A stretch of 64,000 nt of DNA, taken from Azolla caroliniana. Lineage: Eukaryota > Plantae > Polypodiophyta. Below the pieces are notes generated by a model that was not told where the DNA came from, searched no databases, and saw only the letters and a program-made list of their open reading frames with translations. The DNA lies in NCBI GenBank assembly GCA_043228905.1, contig JBHGNT010000006.1, positions 22,568,001 to 22,632,000 on the forward strand. The letters are read 5' to 3'. Every line of letters begins with the position of its first letter. Position 1 is the first letter of the stretch. This document shows, piece by piece, positions 36,723 through 50,568 of this stretch. The position numbers and the translations under genes were made by a program.

Positions 36723-39096
36723 TCTTAATCTCTCTTATATGCCCTTAGATCTTCTCTTCATAAACATGCAGATGCATTAAGTAAATAAATGTGTGGTCAC
36801 TACTAATCAAGCCGATAATCGAGTCGAGTAATAACAATATTCAAGCCAAGTGGTAGTCGATGGTCCATAGCTACGAGTCGATGGTTACTTATGTTGGCAA
36901 CCAACCAACCCTTGCCAATAGCCAAGTCAAGAGCCAATCAAGGAATGCAGATGCCAACAATTTAGAGAATGAGTACAAAGAGGAGACCCAAAGAACCTAA
37001 TTGATTGCAATAGGATAGACGACAAGAGAAGATCGATGGTTGTGCACAAACTTAGACGTGACAAGGCTCTTAATGGCATATCAAGGAACTTGATGGCATT
37101 TGAAGGAACTTATGGGGTCTATCAAACACTTCATTGATTTTGTCTCATGAGTATCCTACGTGTTATATGTCCAATTAAGACCCCGATAGAGTAAGAGCAT
37201 TGTATAATTATTGTATCCTTAAGTTACCTAGGTACTTAGAAACCAATATCATATAGTTTTAGAACAATTTTTGCTCTGACGTTGATAAGAAAATATTGTT
37301 ATGTCTCTCTTTTCTCCCTAACTCTCCCTTATTTCACCTTGTCAATACAATGCCCAAACTACTTCGAAGGAACCATTGAACAACCAAGTCCCCACGTCCA
37401 CACTGCGTTAACCTTGTCAATATTGTGACATGTTATTCGAAGGAACCATTGAACAACACATCCAGACTGGTTTAACAAGTGAATCAAGCTCTTGGCCTAT
37501 GGCACAAATGATCGTCCTCTAAATCTGTTCAAGAACTCCATGTGCTTATGTATTTGTTGGGATTACTTTTCATAATTTGCAGTTTGGGCTATTGGTGTCA
37601 ATTTTGAACAATATGACACCCATGGGATAGATGTATTTAAGAATATATGTACTCAAAATAATTAGAGAGAGAAAACACACAACAAGCTTACAAAAACAAT
37701 AGTATCATGATAAATTTCTGGGATGATTATGAAATGATAAGCCTATCAATCACATATATATCTACCTCGATATGAATGGATATTGAATTCATTAGGGTGG
37801 CTTGATTCCGATAGAAACTTAACCTCAACTAGTTTATCAAGATGAGAGAGTGAATAAGATATCATAAAATATTCACTATACACTATGTAAAAAGTATTTC
37901 TTATTATATGGATGACAAAGCTGAACTTTCACTCATAATTTTCAATCAAGTGTGTTCACAAAGAAAGTATGTAGTTGAGTTTTAATAACTTAACAAATGC
38001 ACAAGCTTGGGGTGGTCAGGAAACAACAAAGGCCAAGAGATTCCTCGGTCATGAAGATGGGAAGTGGATGCAATGATCATGTCAGGTCAACGCAAATATG
38101 TAGGATTCAATTGGAAAGGCTTGGATGTTATCGTGACTTCGTCAAAGCTCAGATAAGATAATAGAATTAAAAAGATGGGAATCTCTGTAATGAAACTTGA
38201 TACATTGAATGCAAGTGTTTTCCATGCATCACAATTACGTTACTGATATTGTGGATACGTTTTTCTAACTTGTGGTCCAGGTCTTATGGCATATGTTTCG
38301 AGTTAGTATTTCATTGGTAGTTCGAATGTTTCAAAATGTAGAGATATGGCAAATAGTTATTGTGATTAAGTTATTGGGATTTTTCTATATGATTTGTCTC
38401 AAGTCTTGACCACAACATAACTAGTCATTTGGGAGAAGCTTTAACTTCATCGACTAGGTTTTGGACACTAGCTTTAAACAACGATATTCATAGTATATAA
38501 ATCATGTTTCCTATTCACCTGCCACCCTCTCTTTGTTGTAGGCCCCAAGAGCCAACTCGTACTAGGCAACATTGAAGGGCATCGCCTTGGATATAGGTAG
38601 CTTCTTACATTAAGTTAGGCCGCAAGGCATTGTAAGTAGGCTCATCTTCTTTTACTTGATCGGAGGAAGACTCCCCCCGATGTGTGTATAAGTCTCCTTG
38701 TAGACTCTCTATGTAATAATCCTTCCTAACTAATGGGAAAGTAGCTTCATTTTGGAATGCAAAAAAAACTCGGACAAAAAACATTCCCCACAATACAATG
38801 TGTTGTTCTTTTTTATTGAAACCTTGGAACAATCGAAAAACCCAAATCTCGACCATGAAATCACTTGTCAAGTCATGTTGAAAAAAGTTGGGTGGGTACC
38901 ATAGAGAAAGTGAAGAATCTATATGTACTTCATTGACCACTATCTCTACTTTTAGAGGATGGAATGGGATGGGTTGGTTCTTCATAGACATGAAATGATT
39001 TCACTCCTAAACAATGAATCCAAACCAACTTCAATCCTCAAAACTCAATACAAATCTACCCTCACATATATGGACTACAATTTTGTGTTTCTTCTC

Positions 39097-39233
39097 TAAT
39101 CCAATCCAATCCAATTCAATTAAGTTCAATTCAGGTCAATCCAATCCGATTCAATTAAGTTCAATTCAGCTCAATCCAATGCAATTCAGCTCAATCCAAT
39201 CCAATTAAGTTCAATTCAGCTCAATCCAATGCA
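39097..39233. repeat. Pentamer-based (YCAAT)n tandem repeat with ~50-bp higher-order unit
   Basis: aatccaatccaattcaattaagttcaattcagctc... is repeated. Confidence 0.85.
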
Positions 39234-42200
39234 GAACAGCATTATACTTGAGTTGAATTAGATTCCAATTGTTCAAATGAGTGATGGGAGCAAGCGCCTT
39301 GAGAATTGGAGGGCCTAGGGGAAGGAGACAGACAGACAAAAGAAAAATAACATAAAAAAAATTAAATACAGGAATCAGTTCAATCCAATCGGACCATCAT
39401 TTCCATTTGAATTGGGATTGAAACAGAATTTTGAATTGGAATTGGATGGTATAAGAGAGTGAGTATGTGTGCATGCCATCATTCGATTAGAACTGCTCTG
39501 CTTCTCTCTCTCTCTCTCATATTAACTTTGTCATTAAAATTCGCCCACCATTATTGATGCCTGATGATGTTTATTCTCTCATCAATCTTTTTCTCTGCAA
39601 GGACGAGCCAGAGAAAACATTGAATTGATACATACATACATACATGCGCATGTATATGTATATGTACTCTAAATGTATGTATAAATGTATGTATAAATTG
39701 TATGTATCTGTATATACATGTGTCTGAATCTGTATATTTGTCTGTGTATGTATTTGTGTATGCTAATTGTAATGCATTTTGGACACAAATTACAAGTTCC
39801 TTTTGTTGTCCTGTCATTAAATGATGCAGAGGAATTAAAACTCCCAATTAAATTCTCTCCGCTATCGAAGGAAATTTGTATGTGCGATTCTTTAATTCTC
39901 TTTTTCTTTCTGTGTATTCCTTTTCCATACTAATGACTGCATCAAACCTATATATATATACATATATATAAGCGTTTAATTCCTTCATTCAATTCAATTC
40001 AATCCCCCCTCCCTTGGACTAATTAATGACTGAATTGATTACCCCAGTTTTAATCGTCTGAAAAACTCCATCATTTTTACTCCACATTTACATCTGATTC
40101 CTTCCCTCCTGCTGCTCCCTGCTCATCATCGATTTCTTAAAAACAAAAACTTAAATTTATGTTTTTCGCCGATTTCGTTTTTCTGCTCACTGTTCTTCTC
40201 CGCTTCTTTTATAATAATCTCTGAATTCCATAAATTATATTACAAAACACATAATCCGTCATGATCGATTGCAGTAAATGAATGGATTAAATCAATCAAT
40301 TCTTATATATGTATAATGTATATATATATATATATACGAAGAATTGTTTCGTCCATTTCACTCATTACTCGCAGAAAAAGATAATAATACAGGAATCAGC
40401 TCCGACATTCGGTTCTACAGAGAGAATTTTCATTGTATTGATGGCAACAGTTATTAAATTAAACACAAAATTAAGATTAAATTTTTATTCCTATTCCCTA
40501 TCCACTACTTGATCGGATCAATAATTTTTAATCATACTTTTTAAGAATGCGAAATTGATCAGCAATTCACTCTTGAATCAATAGAATACACCCTCATTTT
40601 ACATAATTAAGTCCATAACCCAAGTACTCGGAAACCGTAATTAGTCGCTGATTTGGGTGGGAATTCATCACTTAAGCTATGATTACGACATCCCTTACAT
40701 TTTCCACTGATTTCGGCAGTCATTTAACTTAATATACCGCAACTAATTGCATCAATTTCAGTCTGAATGCTCCAACTGATTACCAATTGACTTCTAATTC
40801 CGTGATAAATTTACCTACAAATCATCCTCTTCATCCGAATGTACTCTTCTCCGGATCACTCAGGGAAATTTAATGTGATGGGGTTAATGAGCAGTACCCT
40901 TTAACTAGATTCTTCTAGCTGACTAAGAATTCATTGATGGCAAGTCTGAGAATATATAAAAAAGAAATTCAGTTACATATTTAAAGTCCAAATATTTAAT
41001 TTTCCAAAGTATTTTCGATCTATATAATACATCTATAGAACTTCGTTACCTCTACAATTATAGACTTAGTTAGGCCCTATCCAACTATCACAATCAGATA
41101 AATTTTCTGGACCAATCTGTAAAGATTACGTTGGCTCAATCTCAGTGGGCTAGTTATAGTAATAATATTTGATTTGAGATTAGTTATAAAAAAAAGTGGA
41201 CCAATCTAATAATAATCCATCCATCAATCAATAAATACTCTCAACTAACTATAAATACATCATAGTAAAATATAAACATAGCCGAACAACAGCTCAAATC
41301 TAGATTTGGATTTGAAGGATAATATTCCCCAGAAGTTAATTCAGACCCACTCTAATTAGTTAATGAGTTTTTTTTTTGTTTAAATTGGTGAATGCTATTT
41401 CTAGGCAAATTTGATTGTTTGGGTTCTGATACATTTGAGTTTTTGATGATACTACACTTTAGGGTTTTTTTTGTTTGGTATATGTACGATTTGGATTTTT
41501 AACTGCTTTTCCTTCAAACGAACAGAAATCCAATTAGTAGTTTATATATACACAGAGCTAACTGTACACCACAAATTAAATGCCATGGCAGAACAGTCAC
41601 AAAAGGGATGCAATTAAATGCAAAGAAAAACATGGTTTCGGGAATAATCCAATGTACATATGTATACTATCCACAAATGCTGCCTGAGATTTTCCATAAC
41701 TTTATATGAATAAATTTCTATAACTTTATTATGCATACAAATTTATATATATAGTAGTAGTATATTACAGGCCTTTTCAATTCCATTCAATTCTTGGTGA
41801 TGATTATAAGGTATGTCTGCCATTAGAAATATAATCAAATTTCTCTGCGCCTTCTGTGAGGTTCTGATTCACTAACGACAATCGATCGATTTCCATTTTA
41901 ACATTTCCATTTCGATATATTTCATGAGGATTGTTAATGAGACAAGACCACATTATATACATACGGACAATTTTCTCCATGGAATAATAATGTCATTAGA
42001 TTTATATTTTCCTGGAATATCCTAATATTCCATTCATTCAATTTCGCATTCAATGCTGCTGTGCGATATAAAAGATTTAATCTAATCTTAAACAAACAAA
42101 AAACACAATGTGTAACAAAAAGATTTAATCTACTAATTCTTTCTATTTTAACATGAACCAGAATCGAAATCTTCAAAAACATTTTGCGCTAAAGATTCAA

Positions 42201-42986
42201 TGCCGGCGAGAATGCCGGCGAAAACTTCTCAATCCCACCTTAGAAATTTTGCCCTAAGAAGTGGCGGCATCATCGATATTACAGACTTTCTGTAAATTAC
42301 GTAAAAAGTGGGGGAAACACCTCAGGGCCCAAGATTTTATTTTCATTGCCAATTAACTTAGCAATCATCAATAATATCACATAGGCTAAAACCTGTATAT
42401 CCAATTTCAGCACAGAATTACACAATTAATAATCATCCCAAAATACAATTGACAACACAGTTGATCGGAAAACATTCATTCACATATTTTAACATGCTAA
42501 TTGATAGAACAAAACCTAGGAGATTCCAAAATTCATTCCGAGGAAACTCAGAACCAATCAAAAATCAATCACTAAAAACAGAGTTTTATGAATGGAAATG
42601 TGAAAAATATTGTATTCTCTTTCGTATTTTTTTTGTTTTAAACTTTTAGTTTCTCCATGAAATCTAATTACAGATTTCAAGTGGAAAGAGTAGTAAGGAA
42701 GGAGGGAAACCACTGATAATCAATCGGTTAATATCTTGCAAAAACTTCATTTGATGGAGGTGATTAAGATGATGAAGATGATTAATCAAGGAAAGAGATT
42801 AGTATTAAAGAGAACAGATTAAGGGTGGGTTCTTGAAGGAATGTATTAAGCAGAGATTTAACGGATTGAATGGAGGGTTTAAGGGAGGGAATCCTAACAG
42901 ATTCAAATAGAAATATATATATTTCTATTGTAGTTTCTCGATCGTTTCTTCTAATTTGATGTCCAAAACAGAATCAGATTATTATA

Positions 42987-45900
42987 TCAGGCGAAATGGG
43001 ATCGGATTGGGCTAACACCTTTCCTTCTTCTCTTTCTGAATGAATTATCGTCAGGATTATTATGAGTATGTGTGGTATGACAGGAAGGATTACTAACATT
43101 ATTACTGCTCTTAGTATGGATAGGCGAGTAATAATAGTAATAATCGTCCGAATAGTCGGCAAAAATAGACGAGGAGTAGTTGAAATCCTCGTCGTGGGTT
43201 AGGGACAGCGAGGAAGATGATTTCTCCGCCATATTTGGCGATGTTTCTGATGCGAGGAGCGATGGCAATTTCGCAAAGGTGGAGAAATCGGAGGTTCCGG
43301 ATTCGATCAACGAAGGATTGCAGAGGGTGGATTTCGTGGCGGAAGAATCGATCTGCTGCACAGATTTGGTGGTGGAGCAGGAGATGGAGGGTGGCCCTAA
43401 TTTGATCGGGGAAGCATCGGATAATTTGGTGGCAGGCGACCCGAATTTGGTCGGGGGACAAGATGCAGGCGGCGGCGGAATTGCAGGTGTAATGGCGGAG
43501 CAGGATTTGCTGTACGAGGCGGGATTCGCAGGCTTCATGGTGGAGGAAGATTTGCTGCTGTACGAGCCGAGATTCGCAGGTTTAATGGCGGCGGCGGCAT
43601 TGCAGGATGAACCAGGAGGAGGAGGAGCGGATTTGACGGTGGAGGGGGGACGAGCAGGATCAGATTTGATCGAGGCGGACTCGGGGCACCTGAGTAGCGA
43701 TAGAGATTTGGGCAGGGAAGAATTAGGGTTAGGGTTTGGCGAGGATTTCGAATCCGGCGGTGGTGGCGGCACTGATCTCTTCCTCGAAGATTTGGCAGCG
43801 GGCACCGGGAGGAAGAGGGGATTGCCTCCATTAGAGCAGCTACGATTGATACTAGGATTCTGCAGCGTGGAGGAGGAGGAGGAGCAAGGGATGATGCCAT
43901 GGCTATGGCTATGGCGGCGGAGGCGTGGCTTGCAGTCGAGATGGAGCGAGCTTCTGCCGCCTTCGCCGCCGCCGCCGACTGTGGTGGAGGAGGCGGAGAA
44001 GGAGGAAGAGAATTCACTGGAAACAGAGTCATGGTGATGGTGATGGTGATGATGATTCTGATTCTGATTCTGATAGATCAGGGAGGAGGCAGCAGAAACC
44101 TCAAAACCATAGCCATCATCGCCATAGCCATCTTCTTCTTCTTCATTGGCAGCGGAGGCCTTCTTCTGCTTAAACCTCCCCAATCTACAGGAGTTGCGAT
44201 CGGCTGCACATTGGCCATAGCCACCATAGCCATAGCCATGGCCTTCTTCTTCTTCTTCTTCTTCTTCTTCTTCTTCTTCTTCTTCTGCATTTGGATTTGC
44301 ATTAAAGATCTGCGGAAGGATTGAGGCGAGGCGGAGGCCTCGCCTGAGCGTGGCGTCGACCTTGCAGGAGACGCAGCAGAAGCTATGGCCTTCCTGCAGG
44401 CCCCGATCGCACGAGCCGCACACGCTGGCCGCCCCTTTCGAGGGCCTCGGCTGCGGCCTAGGGTTTAAGAACACTACCTTCGCGCTGTTGATTATGTAAG
44501 GCTGCACACCCAAAACACACCCATTAGGGTTTCTGCTTAAATTCCCATTATAATCAAGCCCCCCTAATCACTCTTTTAATCAAGCTCAATAAAATTATCC
44601 CCTTCCTTCCTCTTTTAATCCATCCTTCCGCCAGTTTCTGATTTCCTCATGATTTTCATTCCTTGCTTTAATCCAGCACCAGAGCGCCTCATGGATTCAT
44701 CCTCCTCCATGTGGCACCGTGATTTAGTCACGACTTGACTAATTACATTGCTAATCTTGCATTCACTAATTATAATGACTGATCCTCCTCCATGAGTCAC
44801 TGTGATTTAGTCACGACTTGACTAATTACATTGCTAATCCTGCATTCACTAATTAATGATTGATCCTCCTCCATGAGTCACTGTGATTTAGTCACAACTT
44901 GACTAATTACATTGGTAATCTTGCATTCACTAATTATAATGATTGATCCTCCTCCATGAGTCACTGTGATTTAGTCACGACTTGACTAATTACATTGCTA
45001 ATCTTGCATTCACTAATTATAATGATTGATCCTCCTCCATGAGTCACTGTGATTTAGTCACGACTTGACTAATTACATTGCTAATCACATTGGTTTGCAT
45101 TCACTGATTAATTGCATCACACATCAGTGATCCTGGCAGCGTTCACTAATTAATTACATCCCACCTCAACTAATCCCAGCAGACTTATTCAAACCTAATT
45201 ATGATCTCGTTAGGATTTGATTAAATTAGATATCAGCGCTCTCTCTCTCTGTTCACTCGGGGGAGTCTTATGCTTTGATTAATTACATTTCATTTGCGAA
45301 AAATTTAAAGAAAGCATTGGCCGCCAGCAGTAGCGTTGTTAACTGCTGATTGGTTTAACGCACTAATACCTTAATTAAATTGATCACACAACTCAATCAG
45401 CTAATTATTTATAAGCATCCCCTCAAATCAATCTCACCTGCACTAACGAGCAATCGATGAGCTTCTGGATGTCTTGTAATCTGATCACATCATGGTAGAC
45501 ATATCTCCGTATCTGCAGAAAGTCCAGATCCAAGTAATTACCGTTAGTAGATCCATAATTCCATCTCGTTGATGGATTCATGTAAATTAACCATAAGCAT
45601 TTAATTACATATATTACAATCATGGACCCTTAATTGGGTCGCCTAAAAATCTGAAATCCTTCAAAATTAACCTGTAGTAATTAGGAGCTTCAATTTAAGT
45701 ACCAATCATAGGACGCAGCATTTCCTGAACCTTAATTTGGATTTAAAAGGGGGGTTAGGGGGTGATTAGGGAGATTAATCGGCAAGGAATTAACCTGCAG
45801 GAGCGTATGAGAATCGTGGCGGCGGATGCAGTGCTGGCAAATCCCTGCATTGCAATCGACACAGAAGACATTCCTCTCGTTTTTCTTCTCATTTCCATGA

Positions 45901-46854
45901 ATCTCGCAGGAGACGAAGAATTTCTCCGACAGTAACGACACTAACCAATCGGGTCGCTTCTCCTGAAGACAAGATCAGTATTTCATGGGAGTCAGTTTTT
46001 AATTCAATTGCACGAGGCGTTGTTTTTTTTTGAAGGATGATTAATTCTTAAAACATGGATTAGACTAATTAGGATTGATTAACTCTCGTAGGGCCAGACT
46101 AATCCAGAACTAATCAATGCACCTTAATTAGACCCACCCAATCAGGAGAGCTTAATGAATGCTCATCAGTAAGGTAAGGCTGATTGATCAGATCAGCCCT
46201 GGGGCGAAATTAGCATTTGATTAGCGTCTAATCAGAATCCGAGAACTTTTTTTTTTGCTAATGATGCGAGACAGAAGTAATTAGATGCGATCCAAGAAGA
46301 ATGGGCATGAATTGAATTGGGCGGCTCTACAAAAATTGAGATTGCAACTCAAACGTGAGATTTATTGAGGGTTTCAGAATTAGGAACAGAATCGGGAAAC
46401 AAGCTAATATATACTCAGAATTAGGAACAGAATCGGGAAACAAGCTACATATACTCAGAATTAGGAACAGAATCGGGAAACAAGCTACATATACTCAGAA
46501 TTAGGAACAGAATCGTGAAACAAACTACATATACTCAGAATGGTGAAATAAAATGGAAAACAGAGGCGAAGAGAGAAAGATTAGGGGTAAAATAAATAAA
46601 TTTAAAAAGAAAAAAAGAATATTGATCGATCACAAAACCCAGCAGTTAGTTAACACAGGAAAAATGGATGGGGGGGGGGGGGGGCGGGGGGGGGGATGCA
46701 GGAAAAGGAAAGAAAATTTAAGAATGGAAAAGCAGGAATCCATAATATACAGGAAGGAGTAAGCAAATTATGAATGGAAAAGCAGGAATCCATAATAGAC
46801 AGGAAGGAGCAGGCAAATTATGAATGGAAAAGCAGGGATCCAGATACACACCAT
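42987..46854 (-). CDS. PLATZ zinc-dependent transcription factor, ~586 aa
   Basis: Exons 45962-45795 (PDWLVSLLSEKFFVSCEIH...NVFCVDC...CQHC...H), 45512-45438 (IRRYVYHDVIRLQDIQKLIDCSLVQ) and 44501-42987 (PYIINSAKVVFLNPRPQ...CGSCDR...FCCVSCKV...RRRKGVSPIRS). The start is inferred as an ATG-only first coding exon at 46854-46852, which is less certain. Confidence 0.9.
44697..45086. repeat. 83-bp minisatellite (~4.7 copies) in a PLATZ intron
   Basis: Units start at about 44698, 44781, 44862, 44945 and 45028. Confidence 0.92.
46374..46541. repeat. 40-bp tandem repeat (~4 copies) in PLATZ intron 1
   Basis: tcagaattaggaacagaatcgggaaacaagctacatatac is repeated. Confidence 0.92.
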
Positions 46855-47328
46855 TGACAAGAAGATGGAGGGAGGGGCATTCGGTGGGGATGGAGGATAT
46901 GGATATGGCTATGGCTATGGCTATGGCGATCAATCGATTTTTGAAGAGAAACGCAGAAGCTGAATAATGGCAGAAGCTGAAGCAGGGGAATCAGAAGCAG
47001 AAAATGAAGAAGAAGAAGAGGAAACAGGGGAAGGTGAACAGAGCAGAACAGAGAGGTTTAATTGGTGGGCTATACTTAATAATTATCAATTTTTATTTAC
47101 TTATAACCTAATAATAATTTATCAATTCTTATTTACTTATAACCTAATAATAATTTACCAATTTTTATTTATTTATATAATTATTCATCTCTTTTTACAT
47201 TTATTTATTTTTATAATTATCAATTTATTTATCTGTTTATCTATTATTTATTTATTTATATATATATATATTATTGCTTATTTATCCTTTTTTACTTAGC
47301 TTATTTATTTATTTTTATAATTACCAAT

Positions 47329-47705
47329 TTATTCTATTTTTCTCTTATTTGTTGCCTTATTTATTCTATTTTTCTCTTATTTGTTGCCTTATTTATTCTA
47401 TTTTTCTCTTATTTGTTGCCTTGTTTATTCTATTTTCTCTTATTTGTTGCCTTATTTATTCTATTTTTCTCTTATTTGTTGCCTTATTTATTCTATTTTT
47501 TTCCTTATTTGTTGCCTTAATTATTCTATTTTTCTCTTATTTGTTGTCTTATTTATTCTTTTTATTTATTCTATTTTTCTCTTATTTGTTGCCTTAATTA
47601 TTCTATTTTTCTCTTATTTGTTGCCTTATTTATTCTTTTGTTTTCCTTATTTGTTGCCTTAATTATTCTATTTTTCTCTTATTTGTTGCCTTATTTATTC
47701 TTTTT
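47329..47705. repeat. AT-rich ~31-bp tandem repeat upstream of PLATZ
   Basis: ttattctatttttctcttatttgttgcctta(t), more than 10 copies. Confidence 0.92.
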
Positions 47706-48858
47706 TTTTCCCTATTTATATTATGTATGTATTCCTGAGAAAAATAATTATTGGAATTTTAATAAGTAGAATTTAAGATTATCTCTCTCTCTCTGTCTGT
47801 GTCTGTCTCTCTCCTCCTCCAACAAAACAAAATTAGAAAAAAATAAATCGCAGTTAATCAAAATATTTAGAGTCCATCTTCGCCGTCCATCTCGCTGGGC
47901 CTAACCCAAAACCTCAATCCAACGGCTACAATCGCCTCATTCTCCCTCCTCGAATTTCCTCTCTCTACTACTACATTAAATATTATCTGACCCCAAAAAT
48001 AAATTAAAATCCCTACCGATTTCTTTCCTTTTCCTTTCCTCCTCCTTATTATTTTTTTCTTATTTAATCAATTTCTCTCAAATTAATTTAATTAATTCAT
48101 TTTAATTCCTCCTTTTTTCTTATTTAATCAATTTTCTCTAAAATTAATTTAATTAATTCATTTTAATTCCTCCTTATTTTTTCCCCCCCAGTTTCCTAAA
48201 ACCCCGCCTGACCGCCTGCAATATCTCATTTCCTCTTTCTATTTTACTTATTTTTTTAAATTTATTCCCTATTGTCTCTCTCTATCTATTTTCATTTGTT
48301 CTCTTTTTATTTATTTTCCCATTTTTTTTGTTTTGTATTTAGAAATAAAATCCCAGCTGTCTCGTTGAGCAGCACCTAATTCCTATTTTCCTCTCACTAG
48401 AAAAATCTTTTTTAACAAACAACCTTCCCTTTTCCTCTCTCTACAGGAAAAAAAGGGTCTTATTATTTATTAAGAAGAACACCACCCCTTCTTCTTCTTC
48501 TTCTTCTTCTTCTTATTATTCTTCCTTTCATTTGTTTGTTCGTTTTGATTTTCTGAACTATTCTTCCTTTCATTTGTTTGTTCGTTTTGATTTTCTGAAC
48601 GTTTAAAAGAGTGAAGAATGAGGAGGGAAATTGCCCCCCGCCCATCATGTATGTACATTTAAAAACGAACATAAGAAGAAACCATTTGAGACCACAAACA
48701 CACACACATTGCCTCGGGGCCCCGACTAGATCTCCTTTACAGCTCCTCCTACTCCTACACGAACTTGGAATCCCTCTCTCTGTTCCTCCCACCCGTTCGC
48801 TTTCGCTCCAATTGGGTGCACACACTCACTGAGGGTGTGTGTCTTGTTTAGCCACCAC

Positions 48859-49150
48859 TACGAATCGGCAATGGTTTGGCCTCGACTTAACCAATTTGGC
48901 CTTGTCCAAACCAAACCGGTCAAGACTTCACCAGTTTGGGAGTTTCCAAACTTGAATTGAACTGATTCCTAAACCGCTTAAGCCTAAACTAGTTTAGCCA
49001 AGCCGATTAAGCCTTAACCGGTTTGGCCCAAATCGGTTCAGCTCAGCTTGAGCCATCCCAAACCGAGCTCAAGCCTAAACCGAACTGTCAAACCGTTTAA
49101 ATGGTTTAACGGTTCGGTTCAGGCTTGAGTCGAGCCGTTGCCAGTCATCG
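48859..49150. mobile_element. Degenerate hAT-type MITE related to 4841-5305
   Basis: The left end aatcggcaatggtt matches the 4841 element, with dense AACCG/CGGTT subterminal motifs. No TSD could be resolved. Confidence 0.6.
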
Positions 49151-49589
49151 CTGAAGGATGTGTTGCGTTTGTCTTGTGTTAGAGATTAGAATCGACTTTC
49201 TTGATTGGTTGCAAAAGCATGGATGGGTAGGGAGAGAGAGATGTCTTGCCTCACATCAAAATGTCCCCTAAAATTGTCAACCATCGTTACGTGTAAATTG
49301 TGAATCCCCTGTCCCACCACTTTTTATGGATGGGCTTCTTGTGGCACTTGTCTTAAGCTCTTGTCTTAATTCATGCATGACCCTTCCAATAACCCAATTT
49401 AACTTTATCAATGGAGATATCAATATACAAAATTCTTTCAATCATGTTGGTGCTTAATTGTTTTCATTTAGATCTCAATTTCTCAAAAATGAGTGCATCC
49501 TTCTTCTTAGCTCCATTGCCTTTGACATTTAGACATGAGTATGCACGAGGATTGGAGCTTGGAAGGTTGTCTCTTAGGGTTTTTTAGGG

Positions 49590-50568
49590 TTGTCTCTTAA
49601 GGTTGTCGCTAGACCACAAGGCAGATCTATACCATTATCATCTTCGTCCACCGTCACATTGATGGACCCTAGAGCGTCGCAAATCTCCTTTATTTTGGTG
49701 GTGTAGTCTGTGACCGACATGTCCTTTTGTCGGATGTTGTTGAGCTCTTGTCGCAACTACAACTTTCGGGCCATGGTATTGGTGGCAAAAATCTTTTTTA
49801 GATTTTCCCATGCCTCCTTTGGCATTTTTGCATCTATGATATAGCTAAGCATTTGACCGTGCACACAGGGCGCAAGGGCCATACAATACTTTGCTCGTTG
49901 CTTGTTCCCATACCGAGAAGTCCTTGTGTGCCAAATTCAATGCTACTTCGTTCGCTCCTTCAACATAATTCCAGTAGTCATGCCCCAACAGGTACTGGCG
50001 CATCTTGTATGACCAAGATGCATAGTTGCTTGGGTTGAGCTTTTCTGTAGGAAGCGAGCTTGCCATGCTTCTGTCCTTATCTTTTTTCTTTCTGTCTGTT
50101 CTTTACTGGGTGTTGGGTTTTGGTCTATCTGAGCTCTTTGTCAACAGTAGAGGACTCTCCACCCTCGTGCTCCAATACTATGTAAAGAATAGTGTGCGGA
50201 AGCTCATAGACATGACCGACTCAGTCAGATAGCAATAGAAATAGAATGAAGGTTTAATCGAAAGCTTCAAAGTACATAGAGAGTATGCGGGAGAGACAAA
50301 GACAGAGCAGAAAACGGAAAACTCAATTTTAAAATGATACTCTGTAAACTCTATACATCGAATGTGCTTAGAAAGCACTTTTATACAAGTCCTTAAAGGA
50401 CTGATATAATTCTAGGATCATAGGCCTCTAACGGCCTATTGATTATGCACAGATCTAAGACACAGATCCGGTTCCCTCCAATCCAGGGCCTAGCCCATCA
50501 GTCTTCGTCTGATCCAATTCTCGGCTTGTTCAGCCGATCTGGCCCATGTTGCGCTTGTCTGATCAATA
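49590..50568 (-). mobile_element. copia 5' fragment (LTR, decayed PBS, gag start) of the 19.7-26.7 kb family
   Basis: LTR ~50181-50568 is homologous to 26332-26730. Gag reads MASSLPTEKLNPSNYASWSYKM...RQELNNIRQKDMSVTDY. Confidence 0.85.

Noticed and set aside
43180-44324. Long plus-strand ORFs (285 aa, 141 aa) opposite PLATZ
   Set aside because: They are shadows of a GC-rich, trinucleotide-repeat coding strand and have no recognisable domain.
46967-47662. Hydrophobic Phe/Leu/Ile/Tyr ORFs resembling membrane proteins
   Set aside because: They are translations of the T-rich 31-bp tandem repeat and adjacent AT-rich low-complexity DNA.
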